IMG/VR virus record: IMGVR_UViG_2974644787_000001
Location: 1-64,000 of that record
Length of the DNA stretch: 64,000 bases
From: a virus
Lineage: Duplodnaviria > Caudoviricetes
Direction: 5' to 3' (one strand)
This document shows, in pieces, positions 48,011 to 57,072 of this stretch. The position numbers and the translations under genes are program-made. The stretch's first letter is position 1; every line of letters begins with the position of its first letter. The notes beneath the pieces were generated by a model. The model saw only the letters and a list, made by a program, of their open reading frames with translations, was not told the origin of the DNA and ran no database searches.

Positions 48011-48047
48011 TTGCAAAATGAGTCCATTACTTCCCTTGTCACTTCCC
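48011..48047 (+). promoter_or_regulatory. Late-type promoter copy 10: TTGCAA-N17-CCTTGT-CACTTCCC-ATG
   Basis: Conserved motif and spacing. Confidence 0.8.
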
Positions 48048-49205
48048 ATGTCTACGGCATATGCACCTCGAACATTTCTAGCTTATTTTTCCAATATTAT
48101 GGCTTATATTGTTGGTGCAGGAGTTCGTCTTACTAATTGGAAGCCTGGTTCTCGGATCAGAACATTAGTAGAAGCAATCGCATTACAATTATCGAGAGGC
48201 GATGCTGAATTTTTTGCCGGATACCAATATGCAAGAGACAACGCTTGTTATGACTCGTTCAATTTCGGTTTGCTCCCAGGTAACAAGGCAACAGGATATA
48301 TCCGGTATAATCATACAGGTCACACATCCAATATCGATATACCAGTATTTGCAATTTCACTTTTTGGAATTACCTATAAAACGATTCAACCTGCGACACT
48401 CCTCGTAGGGGATACTTCAGTTGATATTGATATAATTGCAGATGAGTTAGGGACCAAAGGGAATTTGGTACCTTTAGAAATAGACACGGATCAAGGGAAA
48501 GGTGAAATCTATAATCCAATTGATCCGAATGCCATTCTTACATATGATAGAATTTTTAATCCTGTAAATATAACAGGCGGTACAGACCAAGAATCAGAAG
48601 AATCAAGACAAGCGCGATGGCAAGAATTCATTACAAATCTTGCACGTTCAACTCTATCTGGTATTAGATCCGCAGTAAGGTCTGTCCCAGGAGTAGTGGA
48701 CTCTTTCGTAACAGAAAATATTAACCCGTATACAGGTGACCCAGAAACAGGATGGATCAATGTTTATATTTCTGATGGAACAGGTAGTGTAGATCCATTG
48801 ATTGTAGCAGCCGTTAGAAACAAAATCGATGGAATTGAAAGTACCGATGAACTTGGATACCGTGCAGGAGGGACGACATTATTTGTAGGAAATATCTTAA
48901 TCCAAGCGGTAAACGTAGACTATGAACTTGATGTTTTGCTTACGAGTTCAGTTTCTAACTCAACATTTAAGTCACTAGTCGAGACTTCGATCTCGAATGC
49001 TGTGAACCGACTTTCAAACGGTTCGGATGTTTTGCTCGATTTAATGCGAGCAGCTGCACTAAATTCGCATCCAGATATTTTAAGGATTCGGTTTATAACT
49101 CCTACATCTGACGTCTCCGTACCTTCTGGATCACTACCAAAGATCGGTGGAACCGGAGGCGGAACCATTACGAACTCCGCCATCGATAGGATACCAAGGC
49201 CATGA
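48048..49205 (+). CDS. Baseplate J-like wedge protein
   Basis: GSRIRTLVEA, GNKATG, GGTDQESEESRQARW and AVRSVPGV motifs; start moved from 47958. Confidence 0.9.
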   Translation: MSTAYAPRTFLAYFSNIMAYIVGAGVRLTNWKPGSRIRTLVEAIALQLSRGDAEFFAGYQYARDNACYDSFNFGLLPGNKATGYIRYNHTGHTSNIDIPVFAISLFGITYKTIQPATLLVGDTSVDIDIIADELGTKGNLVPLEIDTDQGKGEIYNPIDPNAILTYDRIFNPVNITGGTDQESEESRQARWQEFITNLARSTLSGIRSAVRSVPGVVDSFVTENINPYTGDPETGWINVYISDGTGSVDPLIVAAVRNKIDGIESTDELGYRAGGTTLFVGNILIQAVNVDYELDVLLTSSVSNSTFKSLVETSISNAVNRLSNGSDVLLDLMRAAALNSHPDILRIRFITPTSDVSVPSGSLPKIGGTGGGTITNSAIDRIPRP

Positions 49206-49840
49206 TATTCGATTATCTATCGCTTTTTGGTCGATTTGGTAAAGTTTTCAAAGCAATTCTTTACGACTCAGATAAAGCAGAAAAGCAAACTATTTCTAAC
49301 ATAAATGATATCAATAAAGGTGGGATTCATAATGCCATAGAATGGCATATGCGAGTCATTTATCGTTTATTGGATGAATTCCCGTTAACTCGCGCTAAAG
49401 GATTCTTACTGAGAGATTGGGGTAGATTTCTCGGAATCTTAAATGATGAAGGTTTGGGAGACGATGACTACCGAGCAAAAATCATCGCTAGATTATTATC
49501 AATCGTAGGTACTAAAAACATCATCAAAGGACTTATTCCAGAAACTTCAGATGTTTATTTAAGAGAAGGAAACCAAATGGGTTGGTTTTTAGATGTCTGT
49601 TATTTGGATACTCCAGCTTATCCAGACAAAATGGTTGGAGCTGCTTTTACATTCCAACACAATGCACTTTATATTTTATTTCGTACGATATATGACATCA
49701 ATCTTCCTTTACTTAGGTCGATTTATGAACTGAAATCGGCCGGTATCGGGGTTTATGCTGGGACCATTGTTGAACTACCGACGCTGGCTCAGATTTATTT
49801 AGATTATGGATTCATAGATAGGGATTTTCTCGGAGAATAA
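49202..49840 (+). CDS. Baseplate wedge protein (gpI-like)
   Basis: FLLRDWGRFLG...DDDYRAKI motif after baseplate J. Confidence 0.7.
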   Translation: MIFDYLSLFGRFGKVFKAILYDSDKAEKQTISNINDINKGGIHNAIEWHMRVIYRLLDEFPLTRAKGFLLRDWGRFLGILNDEGLGDDDYRAKIIARLLSIVGTKNIIKGLIPETSDVYLREGNQMGWFLDVCYLDTPAYPDKMVGAAFTFQHNALYILFRTIYDINLPLLRSIYELKSAGIGVYAGTIVELPTLAQIYLDYGFIDRDFLGE

Positions 49841-49841
49841 T

Positions 49842-51473
49842 ATGCCAATAGTAACAGTACCAGTCACATCAAGTACTAGAAAAAAAACAATTTACAACCC
49901 CAATCAGAGGGTTAACTCCAAAACCGTTGGGAATATTCCTGGACTAGAAGATGATTTAGTTCTCTATCCAAAATCTATAGCTATGCTAATCAGGGAACTT
50001 TTTGGAGCGTTGCCTGCAGATAAACAATTCTTTAATGGGAATGTTGAGAGTTTTAATACAACGGAAATTGTAACAAAAGAAGGTGCCTATCTAGTTGGAG
50101 ACGATATCTATTATCTTGAGGCATTGACTCTCGCTCCAACAGCAGCAGGCTTTTGGGGGTTTTTCGAAATTGAACTTGAATCAATTGATTCTGATCCAGC
50201 AAGTTTACAATTCTTTGACGTTTCTACTAATACGTTAAGCCAACAAACAGTCAATACACGGAAATCATTCAACATCAAAGTATATGAAAACTATAATACG
50301 ACTGCCTCCTTCCCTACTCTCACTCCTGGTCGAATCAAATGGATTGAATTTAAGAAAGATGCCGCCTTTGGAAATATTATTGAAGTCACAAAGTTGCTTA
50401 ACTCAGTTGTTTTCCCAAACGACAAATCAGGAACAGTGGCATTACTAGAAGACCAAACATTTATAGGACTAAATGATACACCCGGGAGCTATACAGGTCA
50501 GAAAGGTAGAGTTCCAGTTGTAAATCAATTAGAGAATGGGATTATCTTTCAGCAACAATTTGGATTGTTAGACTCAAAATGGAGTTCTAGAAAATTTAGT
50601 CCTTCACCTTCCGAACCTTGGTTTAGAAAAGATCTCGACCATACTTTTAACATTTCGAATTGGCCACTACTTGTTCCAGAATTAAGAAACACCAAGTGGG
50701 AATTTGGATCGACGAGCATTTTTAACGTAACTGGCTTCACGCCAGGAACAGTAACGAGACTTCAACTCGAAGACGCTCTCGTTGTTAGAAACTTGGTAAG
50801 GGCCCTACTTGAAGATTATCATTATTCAAAATCTTATACTGCATCAACGAATGCGGATACGGTTGATGATGATTCAGCCTTTTCAAATTGGGGAATGATT
50901 GTTAGAATTGTCACTGACATAGGAACAGGAATTAACGCACCTAAAGCAAATCAGGAATTCAGAATTCGTTATTTAACTTCGCTAGCAAACACTTTGTCTA
51001 TAACAAATCGATTCATCTGTATCGATAAGGATACTTCGGCAAGTGCGACTACAGGATCTGGCACAATCGAAATCACACCTTATCGAATTGCCTCAGCAGG
51101 AGTTCCAAATCCAAATCAAGCACGATGGAGAAAGCGGCCCGAGTCTGGATTAATGACCCCTGGTTCAACCTTTTATTCCGGAACAGATTTAGTTGAAGTA
51201 CCAGCTAATTCAAGGGTACGAGATAGAGCACACAAACACCGGCATTTTTTCGGATATGCTGATGGCGATAATTCACTAATAAATATTTCTCCACTAATTG
51301 GAGATGCAACAAGTATCTATGGGGATACGGCAAATAATTGGTCGAACAAAAACGTATTCGTGAATGACATGCGATCAACAGGAATTGATGGAGATATTCG
51401 TGGTGGCCCAAGCACCAGGGTAAGATCAGGAGTAGAATATTTATATGGGAATGGTGTAATTTACATCGCATGA
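49842..51473 (+). CDS. Tail fibre / receptor-binding protein
   Basis: After the baseplate; GLNDTPGSYTGQKG repeat and collar-like C-terminal HKHRH. Confidence 0.75.
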   Translation: MPIVTVPVTSSTRKKTIYNPNQRVNSKTVGNIPGLEDDLVLYPKSIAMLIRELFGALPADKQFFNGNVESFNTTEIVTKEGAYLVGDDIYYLEALTLAPTAAGFWGFFEIELESIDSDPASLQFFDVSTNTLSQQTVNTRKSFNIKVYENYNTTASFPTLTPGRIKWIEFKKDAAFGNIIEVTKLLNSVVFPNDKSGTVALLEDQTFIGLNDTPGSYTGQKGRVPVVNQLENGIIFQQQFGLLDSKWSSRKFSPSPSEPWFRKDLDHTFNISNWPLLVPELRNTKWEFGSTSIFNVTGFTPGTVTRLQLEDALVVRNLVRALLEDYHYSKSYTASTNADTVDDDSAFSNWGMIVRIVTDIGTGINAPKANQEFRIRYLTSLANTLSITNRFICIDKDTSASATTGSGTIEITPYRIASAGVPNPNQARWRKRPESGLMTPGSTFYSGTDLVEVPANSRVRDRAHKHRHFFGYADGDNSLINISPLIGDATSIYGDTANNWSNKNVFVNDMRSTGIDGDIRGGPSTRVRSGVEYLYGNGVIYIA

Positions 51474-51480
51474 GGTAAAA

Positions 51481-52023
51481 ATGTATTATTTAGTTAAAAA
51501 CGACAGAGTAGTTGATCAATCAGAGATTGAATCTGATTTACTTTTAATTTCAGAAAATGGGATGTTTATCACAGATTCTTGGCCACCAATTGGTAGAAAA
51601 TATGAGAACGGAAGTTGGAGAGATAAAACTATTTCGGAGAAGACTGAAGATGGGGAAATCTCTCTCGAAAATCGAAGATCAATTCTAAAATCAGAAATCC
51701 TTAATTTTCTTTCCAATAAACTTGAGCAAGGTGTTCAATTTCAGGGATTTAATTTTCAAGCGAGGGAAGAAGATTTAATTCGGATGTCACTTGCAATTAA
51801 GAAAATTGAACTTGGAGGATCTTGGTCTGGTTTTTGGCGAGATAGCATAAACCAATGGAGAGAGCTAACATCAGAACAATTAAATGAACTAGCTCTCACT
51901 GCCGGGAATTTTTGGGAAACCTGTTTTCGCAAAGCACGTACTTTGATCGATGAATTACCATCGAAAAATAAAACTCAACTAGCAAATTTCAATATTCAGG
52001 CGGCTTGGGATGCGATCAATTAA
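51481..52023 (+). CDS. Tail fibre assembly protein (DUF4376-like)
   Basis: GVQFQGFNFQAREED...FWRDSINQWRELT motif. Confidence 0.75.
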   Translation: MYYLVKNDRVVDQSEIESDLLLISENGMFITDSWPPIGRKYENGSWRDKTISEKTEDGEISLENRRSILKSEILNFLSNKLEQGVQFQGFNFQAREEDLIRMSLAIKKIELGGSWSGFWRDSINQWRELTSEQLNELALTAGNFWETCFRKARTLIDELPSKNKTQLANFNIQAAWDAIN

Positions 52024-52079
52024 CAAGCTAATAAAGAATATCAAGTTCAATTCAAATTCTCATAAGGAAGAAAACTAAA

Positions 52080-52745
52080 ATGACCTTTTGGGATTTTGCT
52101 CACTTGCATTTCTTTGAATTATTTTTTCTGTTACTCTCTGTAACTTTCATTTTTGCAATGATTTTCTGGTTTCTTGTATTTTTAATTAATAAGTATTCAT
52201 TGAATCTCACTTCAAAATGGTTAAACTTAAAATCAGAAAAAATTCCTCTCTCGGAATATGTATCAAGAGATACGCTTGTATTTGGACAATTAAGTACACT
52301 AAGAGAATATTCGAATGCTGAAATTGCAGCAGTCTTTTCACTTCATAATGGTGGAAAATTCAATAACGGTATTTCAGTTCAAAAATGGTCACTGACTCAT
52401 GATTGCTGTGCAGATGGATCCTTCCCTTTTTATGATAAAAGCTTAAAATACAGGGACCAACTAATTTCGCAAACAGATTGGGTAGCAAATGCGATTATTG
52501 AAGATTTATACTTTTTAGATATATCGACAATGCGTGAAACATCAGCGTGGCGCAGGGAATTTGTTCGCAATTCTATTGTTTCATGTGTATTTAAACTCGT
52601 TCAAACGAATGACGCGCAGGAACTTATTGTTGGGCTATTCTTCAGGGATAACGTAATCAATAAATCTACTTTTGATACTAAAAAGCTAATCGAATACTCT
52701 GACCGAATTTCTTCAATACTCAAAACAGGAATGGAAAACTTATGA
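52080..52745 (+). CDS. Single-TM lysis-module protein with a soluble (GAF-like?) domain; holin or antiholin candidate
   Basis: Hydrophobic N-terminal helix; directly upstream of the endolysin. Confidence 0.5.
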   Translation: MTFWDFAHLHFFELFFLLLSVTFIFAMIFWFLVFLINKYSLNLTSKWLNLKSEKIPLSEYVSRDTLVFGQLSTLREYSNAEIAAVFSLHNGGKFNNGISVQKWSLTHDCCADGSFPFYDKSLKYRDQLISQTDWVANAIIEDLYFLDISTMRETSAWRREFVRNSIVSCVFKLVQTNDAQELIVGLFFRDNVINKSTFDTKKLIEYSDRISSILKTGMENL

Positions 52746-53392
52746 ATAAAATATTAAATTTACTTCTGCCAATTTTAAGATTAATCCTTAATCACGAAAA
52801 ATTACAGAAACAATCAAATAATTGGAACGACTCCCCTATCGCTTCAAAGAAAACTGAGACATTACGATCTGAGATTCCAATCCCAGAAACCGTTGAGAAA
52901 CCGTTATTTTTCCATCCAGTTCGAATTGTATCGGAAAGAGTTACATCATCTTATGGATATCGAACTTTGAACATCGATGGGAAAGCAGTAAGACAGTTTC
53001 ACATAGGAACTGATTTCGGAGGTTCTGGACCGGTATATGCTGTGGAAGATTCGATTGTCGTGAGGGCTTTGGCGGCCGACAAAAAATTTCCGGTTAGATT
53101 TGCGAAACGCGATGGAACCTGGGTAGATCTTATCAAAGCAAAGGAAATCCCATCCGATCGTGCATGGACTCCATATGTGATTTTGAAAGGAATCCATACA
53201 GGGAATGAATACAAATACAAACACGTTGATCCATCTGTCGAAGTAGGCGCTGAGATAACAGCGGGTACTGAAGTCGGCAGGAGTGGGAATTTTGGATATT
53301 CAATGGGAGCTCATTTACACTTTGAAGTATGGGTAAATTCAAAGACAGTCGATCCACTGAAATATTTAAAATCCCTGGAACTAGTAAAATGA
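52742..53392 (+). CDS. M23-family peptidase endolysin
   Basis: TSSYGYR...FHIGTDF and GAHLHFEV zinc motifs. Confidence 0.9.
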   Translation: MNKILNLLLPILRLILNHEKLQKQSNNWNDSPIASKKTETLRSEIPIPETVEKPLFFHPVRIVSERVTSSYGYRTLNIDGKAVRQFHIGTDFGGSGPVYAVEDSIVVRALAADKKFPVRFAKRDGTWVDLIKAKEIPSDRAWTPYVILKGIHTGNEYKYKHVDPSVEVGAEITAGTEVGRSGNFGYSMGAHLHFEVWVNSKTVDPLKYLKSLELVK

Positions 53393-53547
53393 ATTCTGTC
53401 GAAGCACTTGCGGAAGGATTTAGGATTTTGCGTCTGCATGAAAATCTTCCGCAAGAAGTAAAAGACCTCATGGAAACTCTGATTAGAACAAACTTCAAAT
53501 TAGAGAAAGAAATTATAGAACTCAAAAAAGGAAAAAACAATGGTTGA
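53389..53547 (+). CDS. Small hypothetical protein
   Basis: ATGA-coupled to the endolysin gene, 52 aa. Confidence 0.5.
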   Translation: MNSVEALAEGFRILRLHENLPQEVKDLMETLIRTNFKLEKEIIELKKGKNNG

Positions 53548-53941
53548 ATTTTTATCTTCGGCAATCCCTCAAGCAGTCACATCGACTATCTACATCGGTG
53601 CAGTCATTATTGTATCCCAGGCTGTCTTTCGATTTATCCCGATTAAAGCAGTTCTCTTGCACAAGAAAAGAATGGTATTTATCATCGCAACTTTGATTGC
53701 TATTCCTCCGAATGTTCTCTATTGGATTACAGCACCAGAAAACTTTCAATACTGTGTTGAATTTTCATTTGTACAAGACCCTGTTTGCACTGAACTACCT
53801 GGATGGACTCTTTCTCTATATCAGAGTGCATTTTTGTTTTTAAGTTATCTTCTTTCTCAATTTCTATACGATAAACTTGCTAGAAAAATGTTCGAGAAAG
53901 TTGGTTTTGTCCCAAAACCCATTGATGAGGAAACTCTATGA
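53540..53941 (+). CDS. Holin candidate
   Basis: Three hydrophobic helices and a charged C-terminus in the lysis cluster. Confidence 0.6.
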   Translation: MVEFLSSAIPQAVTSTIYIGAVIIVSQAVFRFIPIKAVLLHKKRMVFIIATLIAIPPNVLYWITAPENFQYCVEFSFVQDPVCTELPGWTLSLYQSAFLFLSYLLSQFLYDKLARKMFEKVGFVPKPIDEETL

Positions 53942-54267
53942 AACTAATCGATCGCTTAAGACTTTTAATTCAGGCACAGGCACCTGGACTCCTTTTCTGT
54001 GTGATTGGAATTCTAGTTATTCTGGTATTTCGCGAATCATTAAAAGACCTTTTTCATTCTCCGCGAATACCTGTGGTAATTCAAAACTCTGGCAAAAAGG
54101 CAAACTATGGGCCCGATATCACTTTTTTGGAGTGTTTGGGAATCCAACACTCCTGTATATATGACAACATTCGTTCTGAAACAGAAAAGTTTATCATTGA
54201 AAATTGCGAAGATGAAAACTTTTGCACGTTAGAAATATCGAATAATAAAAACAGGAAACGAAAATGA
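53938..54267 (+). CDS. Inner-membrane spanin candidate
   Basis: One N-terminal TM, then a Cys-containing soluble domain. Confidence 0.45.
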   Translation: MKLIDRLRLLIQAQAPGLLFCVIGILVILVFRESLKDLFHSPRIPVVIQNSGKKANYGPDITFLECLGIQHSCIYDNIRSETEKFIIENCEDENFCTLEISNNKNRKRK

Positions 54268-54662
54268 AACCATTTCTGATCTTTATATTTTTACTCTGTG
54301 CTTGCTCAACACCGCCTAAGAAAATTGAATACTCACCTTCTTCACAGACTGGATGCATAAAAATTCAAGAAGTAAAAGCAAGACTTACCTGTATAGGTCG
54401 ACTAGTTAAACAACTAGAAGGTATCCACAACGCAGTGATCTCTGTAGAAGTTGAGAATTTGGAAAGAATAGATTCCGAATATGTAAACACGAAAGAAACC
54501 TATTGTTTCACTTCACAGGACACTGGCGAAAAATATTTGTGCTTTGAAACTCAAGTTGCAAAATATGATCCGACAACACTGGGGAAGATTTATTCGTTTG
54601 GAGTAAAATTTGGGTTTGGATTCTTATTTGGAATAGTTACTGGTATCGGAATTTCAAATTAA
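54264..54662 (+). CDS. Lipoprotein with C-terminal TM; spanin candidate
   Basis: Lipobox LLCA-C at the N-terminus and hydrophobic FGFGFLFGIVTGIGI at the C-terminus. Confidence 0.55.
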   Translation: MKPFLIFIFLLCACSTPPKKIEYSPSSQTGCIKIQEVKARLTCIGRLVKQLEGIHNAVISVEVENLERIDSEYVNTKETYCFTSQDTGEKYLCFETQVAKYDPTTLGKIYSFGVKFGFGFLFGIVTGIGISN

Positions 54663-54675
54663 ATTTACCTAAGTC

Positions 54676-54873
54676 TCAAATGGGATTTAGCTCTTTCGGA
54701 GGATAGAACCCCTCTATCTCCGGGAGTGTTGCTGTAAAAAACCATGAAAAGATAATTACAGAATTGGTTTCCTTATCGACGGATATTTTAATCAATTCGC
54801 GCTCAATTCCATCATAAGTTCGGAATACCATACCTGCTGCAGGTATCACTTTATTGAATTCATTTATTGTCAT
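54676..54873 (-). CDS. Small hypothetical protein
   Basis: Last gene of the leftward early cluster. Confidence 0.5.
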   Translation of the reverse strand: MTINEFNKVIPAAGMVFRTYDGIERELIKISVDKETNSVIIFSWFFTATLPEIEGFYPPKELNPI

Positions 54874-55126
54874 TTGGTAAATCCTGAAAACTTGCTTCTA
54901 CTAAATATTGATACACTAAACCATTGGCGTTTGGGTCCTTAAAGTAGAGTTGCATTTTGACTCCAATAAGCGGCATACTCTGATCAATGGACGCATGTAA
55001 TTTTCCATTTTCAAGTGTAAGACCCATCCCTTTGAATACCTTTTCCAATTGTATATATGCCTCGCGAGAACCTTCTATCCCAAGCAACGCATCCATTTCT
55101 TTTTTATTTTGCCACGTATTGTCCAT
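54860..55126 (-). CDS. Small hypothetical protein
   Basis: SD GAGGGTG; coupled ORF. Confidence 0.55.
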   Translation of the reverse strand: MDNTWQNKKEMDALLGIEGSREAYIQLEKVFKGMGLTLENGKLHASIDQSMPLIGVKMQLYFKDPNANGLVYQYLVEASFQDLPNDNK

Positions 55127-55412
55127 CGATCACCCTCTGCATTCTATCAGCTATTTCGAAAAATTCCTTTTTGATCCAATAACTAACTCTTTCCTCCACA
55201 CATAAAAGTTCATATTCCGAATGGCATTTCCAGCATTGGCAAACGATTAAGTTTTTATCGCATGGGTTATTTTGTTTATACAACGCATACTTTTTGAATA
55301 AATGGCTCGGAGTTAAATACAATACACTCTTACAGGTAATACAAAATTGTGCCTTTTCAGATTGCATGAATTCTCGCATCGCAGTTTTGATTTCTATCGT
55401 ACGTCGGTGCAT
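55104..55412 (-). CDS. HNH/NinG-like Zn-binding nuclease candidate
   Basis: CITC...TPSH...CQCWKCH pattern. Confidence 0.55.
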   Translation of the reverse strand: MHRRTIEIKTAMREFMQSEKAQFCITCKSVLYLTPSHLFKKYALYKQNNPCDKNLIVCQCWKCHSEYELLCVEERVSYWIKKEFFEIADRMQRVIDGQYVAK

Positions 55413-55854
55413 TATGTTATAAACACAAAAGGGTAACCAATATAAGTTTTATTCGCAGGGTTTTCGGAGGGTAGATTATCGGATGATTAGAAGATTGCCA
55501 TTGGTCGCCTTCTTTTGTTGGGTCTAGGAAATAATCCCCACTTGTCCTAGATGTTCCGTGTATTACATTAGGTGGATCATTTTGCGCGCCAGTTATTGCT
55601 TGGTGTCTATTGCATTGGTTTATCATGCCTATGTCTTTCTCTGTTGCACCCTTCACCTTATACTCCTTACCTGTTTGTTGTGATACATACTCTGTTTAGA
55701 TGTGGTCATACAAAAAAGTCCCATTTAAAAAATCTAATTCCTCGACCAGATAAATCCAATGTGATTATTATGAAATACAAACCCAAGATTCCGTTTTGTT
55801 TGTCAAAATGAAACTTTCTGTAATCACAATTTGTTAGACTAAAAAATAATTTGC

Positions 55855-55902
55855 TCATCCTTCCCCCTCCACTAGTTCAGATAGGTTGGTTTTGGTGAAA
55901 TC
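55855..55902. repeat. 48-bp direct repeat, copy 1 (copy 2 at 56215-56262)
   Basis: 45/48 identical; on the minus strand it encodes DFTK.NLSELVEGEG-stop. Confidence 0.9.
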
Positions 55903-56038
55903 AGATTGGTGAATAACAGTATTTTCCCTTCCCCATATTGGTAACTGCCTTCTGTTTGTTGTTCGTCTTGAACATAATCTAACTCTCGTTTACGTTTATT
56001 CACAGCTTCTATCAATCTCTGTTTAGGTGTGGGGTTGG

Positions 56039-56218
56039 TCATTGGTTATGCTCATCTGAAGTAAAATGCCTAGCGATAACAAAAAACCAAAAAACAAGTG
56101 ATAGGCTCCAATCTGTAACAGATACATCTTCGCCATATCTGAATTGTTTTGCGGAATACAAACCCAGTAAAAACGTTACGACAATCAAACCTAATAAGTT
56201 AATTATTTTTGTCTTCAT
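56039..56218 (-). CDS. Small membrane protein (59 aa, not in the ORF track)
   Basis: MKTKIINLLGLIVVTFLLGLY...; ATGA coupling to the 94-aa gene. Confidence 0.5.
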   Translation of the reverse strand: MKTKIINLLGLIVVTFLLGLYSAKQFRYGEDVSVTDWSLSLVFWFFVIARHFTSDEHNQ

Positions 56219-56499
56219 CCTTCCCCCTCCACTAGTTCAGATAGATTGCATTTGGTGAAATCTTGCTGATAGATATTTGAATACTTCGTGATTTCTTTCC
56301 TTTGCAAATGAGGGAACCCTAAATGATCGTTCCATTCATATAGATCCTTTATCTCATCTAGAAAGGCTCGTTCGTTTTTGGAACAGGTGGGTGGCATGAT
56401 TTTGCGTAAAGATTCTTCAAACAAGCTATAATTAAATGTGCCATCATCGTAACAATACGAGTTTGCCAGATTACAAATTTCAGTTATTAGATTTTCCAT
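56215..56499 (-). CDS. Small paralogue-family protein A
   Basis: PPTCSKNERAFLDEI core shared with the neighbouring gene. Confidence 0.6.
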   Translation of the reverse strand: MENLITEICNLANSYCYDDGTFNYSLFEESLRKIMPPTCSKNERAFLDEIKDLYEWNDHLGFPHLQRKEITKYSNIYQQDFTKCNLSELVEGEG

Positions 56500-56505
56500 C
56501 TTCTC

Positions 56506-56805
56506 TCACTCTCCTTGAATTACTTTTTGTAGGTCGGCGATAAATTTACTCTGCCAAATAATCACACCGCAATCATTGCTAGTTATACATTCGTCGGTAG
56601 TGCCAATATTGACTTTTCTATAATTAAACTTCTCCACTTCATCCAAAAACTTCCTTTGTTCTTCTCCGCAAGTAGGACGGGAAGCGAGTTGCCATTCCAT
56701 GAATTCCTTAGTGTAGCCGTAAAAACACGGCCCTTCCCAAATCTCGGCTCGTTTGCCTGGGTTATCTGCTTCGTATTGTTGTATTAGTTTATTTAGTTGG
56801 TTCAT
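56506..56805 (-). CDS. Small paralogue-family protein B
   Basis: RPTCGEEQRKFLDEV core. Confidence 0.6.
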   Translation of the reverse strand: MNQLNKLIQQYEADNPGKRAEIWEGPCFYGYTKEFMEWQLASRPTCGEEQRKFLDEVEKFNYRKVNIGTTDECITSNDCGVIIWQSKFIADLQKVIQGE

Positions 56806-56814
56806 TTGTTAGCC

Positions 56815-57072
56815 TTATGATTTCCTGGTTAATACTTGAACTAAAATTTCCAATTCTTCTACTGTCTGTATATCAGAATCATAATATCCTGCAAGTTTCA
56901 AATCCCCTGGTTCACCTCGCAAAGTTAAATATTGCCCAGTGCGACTATTCAATGTCCAGATATCCATCCCAGCCCATTGATCCTGACCACCAGCTCCGAA
57001 TCTTTTATATACAAACCCTTTATCAATTAAGTGTTGTTTGGTTATTTTCTCACTCATACAATCCTCATCCAA
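56815..57072 (-). CDS. Small hypothetical protein
   Basis: ORF in the coupled leftward cluster. Confidence 0.5.
   Translation of the reverse strand: MDEDCMSEKITKQHLIDKGFVYKRFGAGGQDQWAGMDIWTLNSRTGQYLTLRGEPGDLKLAGYYDSDIQTVEELEILVQVLTRKS

Noticed and set aside
47958-48047. N-terminal 30 aa of the tracked baseplate J ORF, and similar MSLPM/MPLSLPM extensions at 8192, 13118, 28596, 32741, 43527
   Set aside because: These are in-frame translations of the promoter motif; the ATG after the pyrimidine tract is the better start
49842-52023. Diversity-generating retroelement or invertible tail-fibre cassette
   Set aside because: No reverse transcriptase, template/variable repeat pair, invertase or flanking inverted repeats were seen in the window
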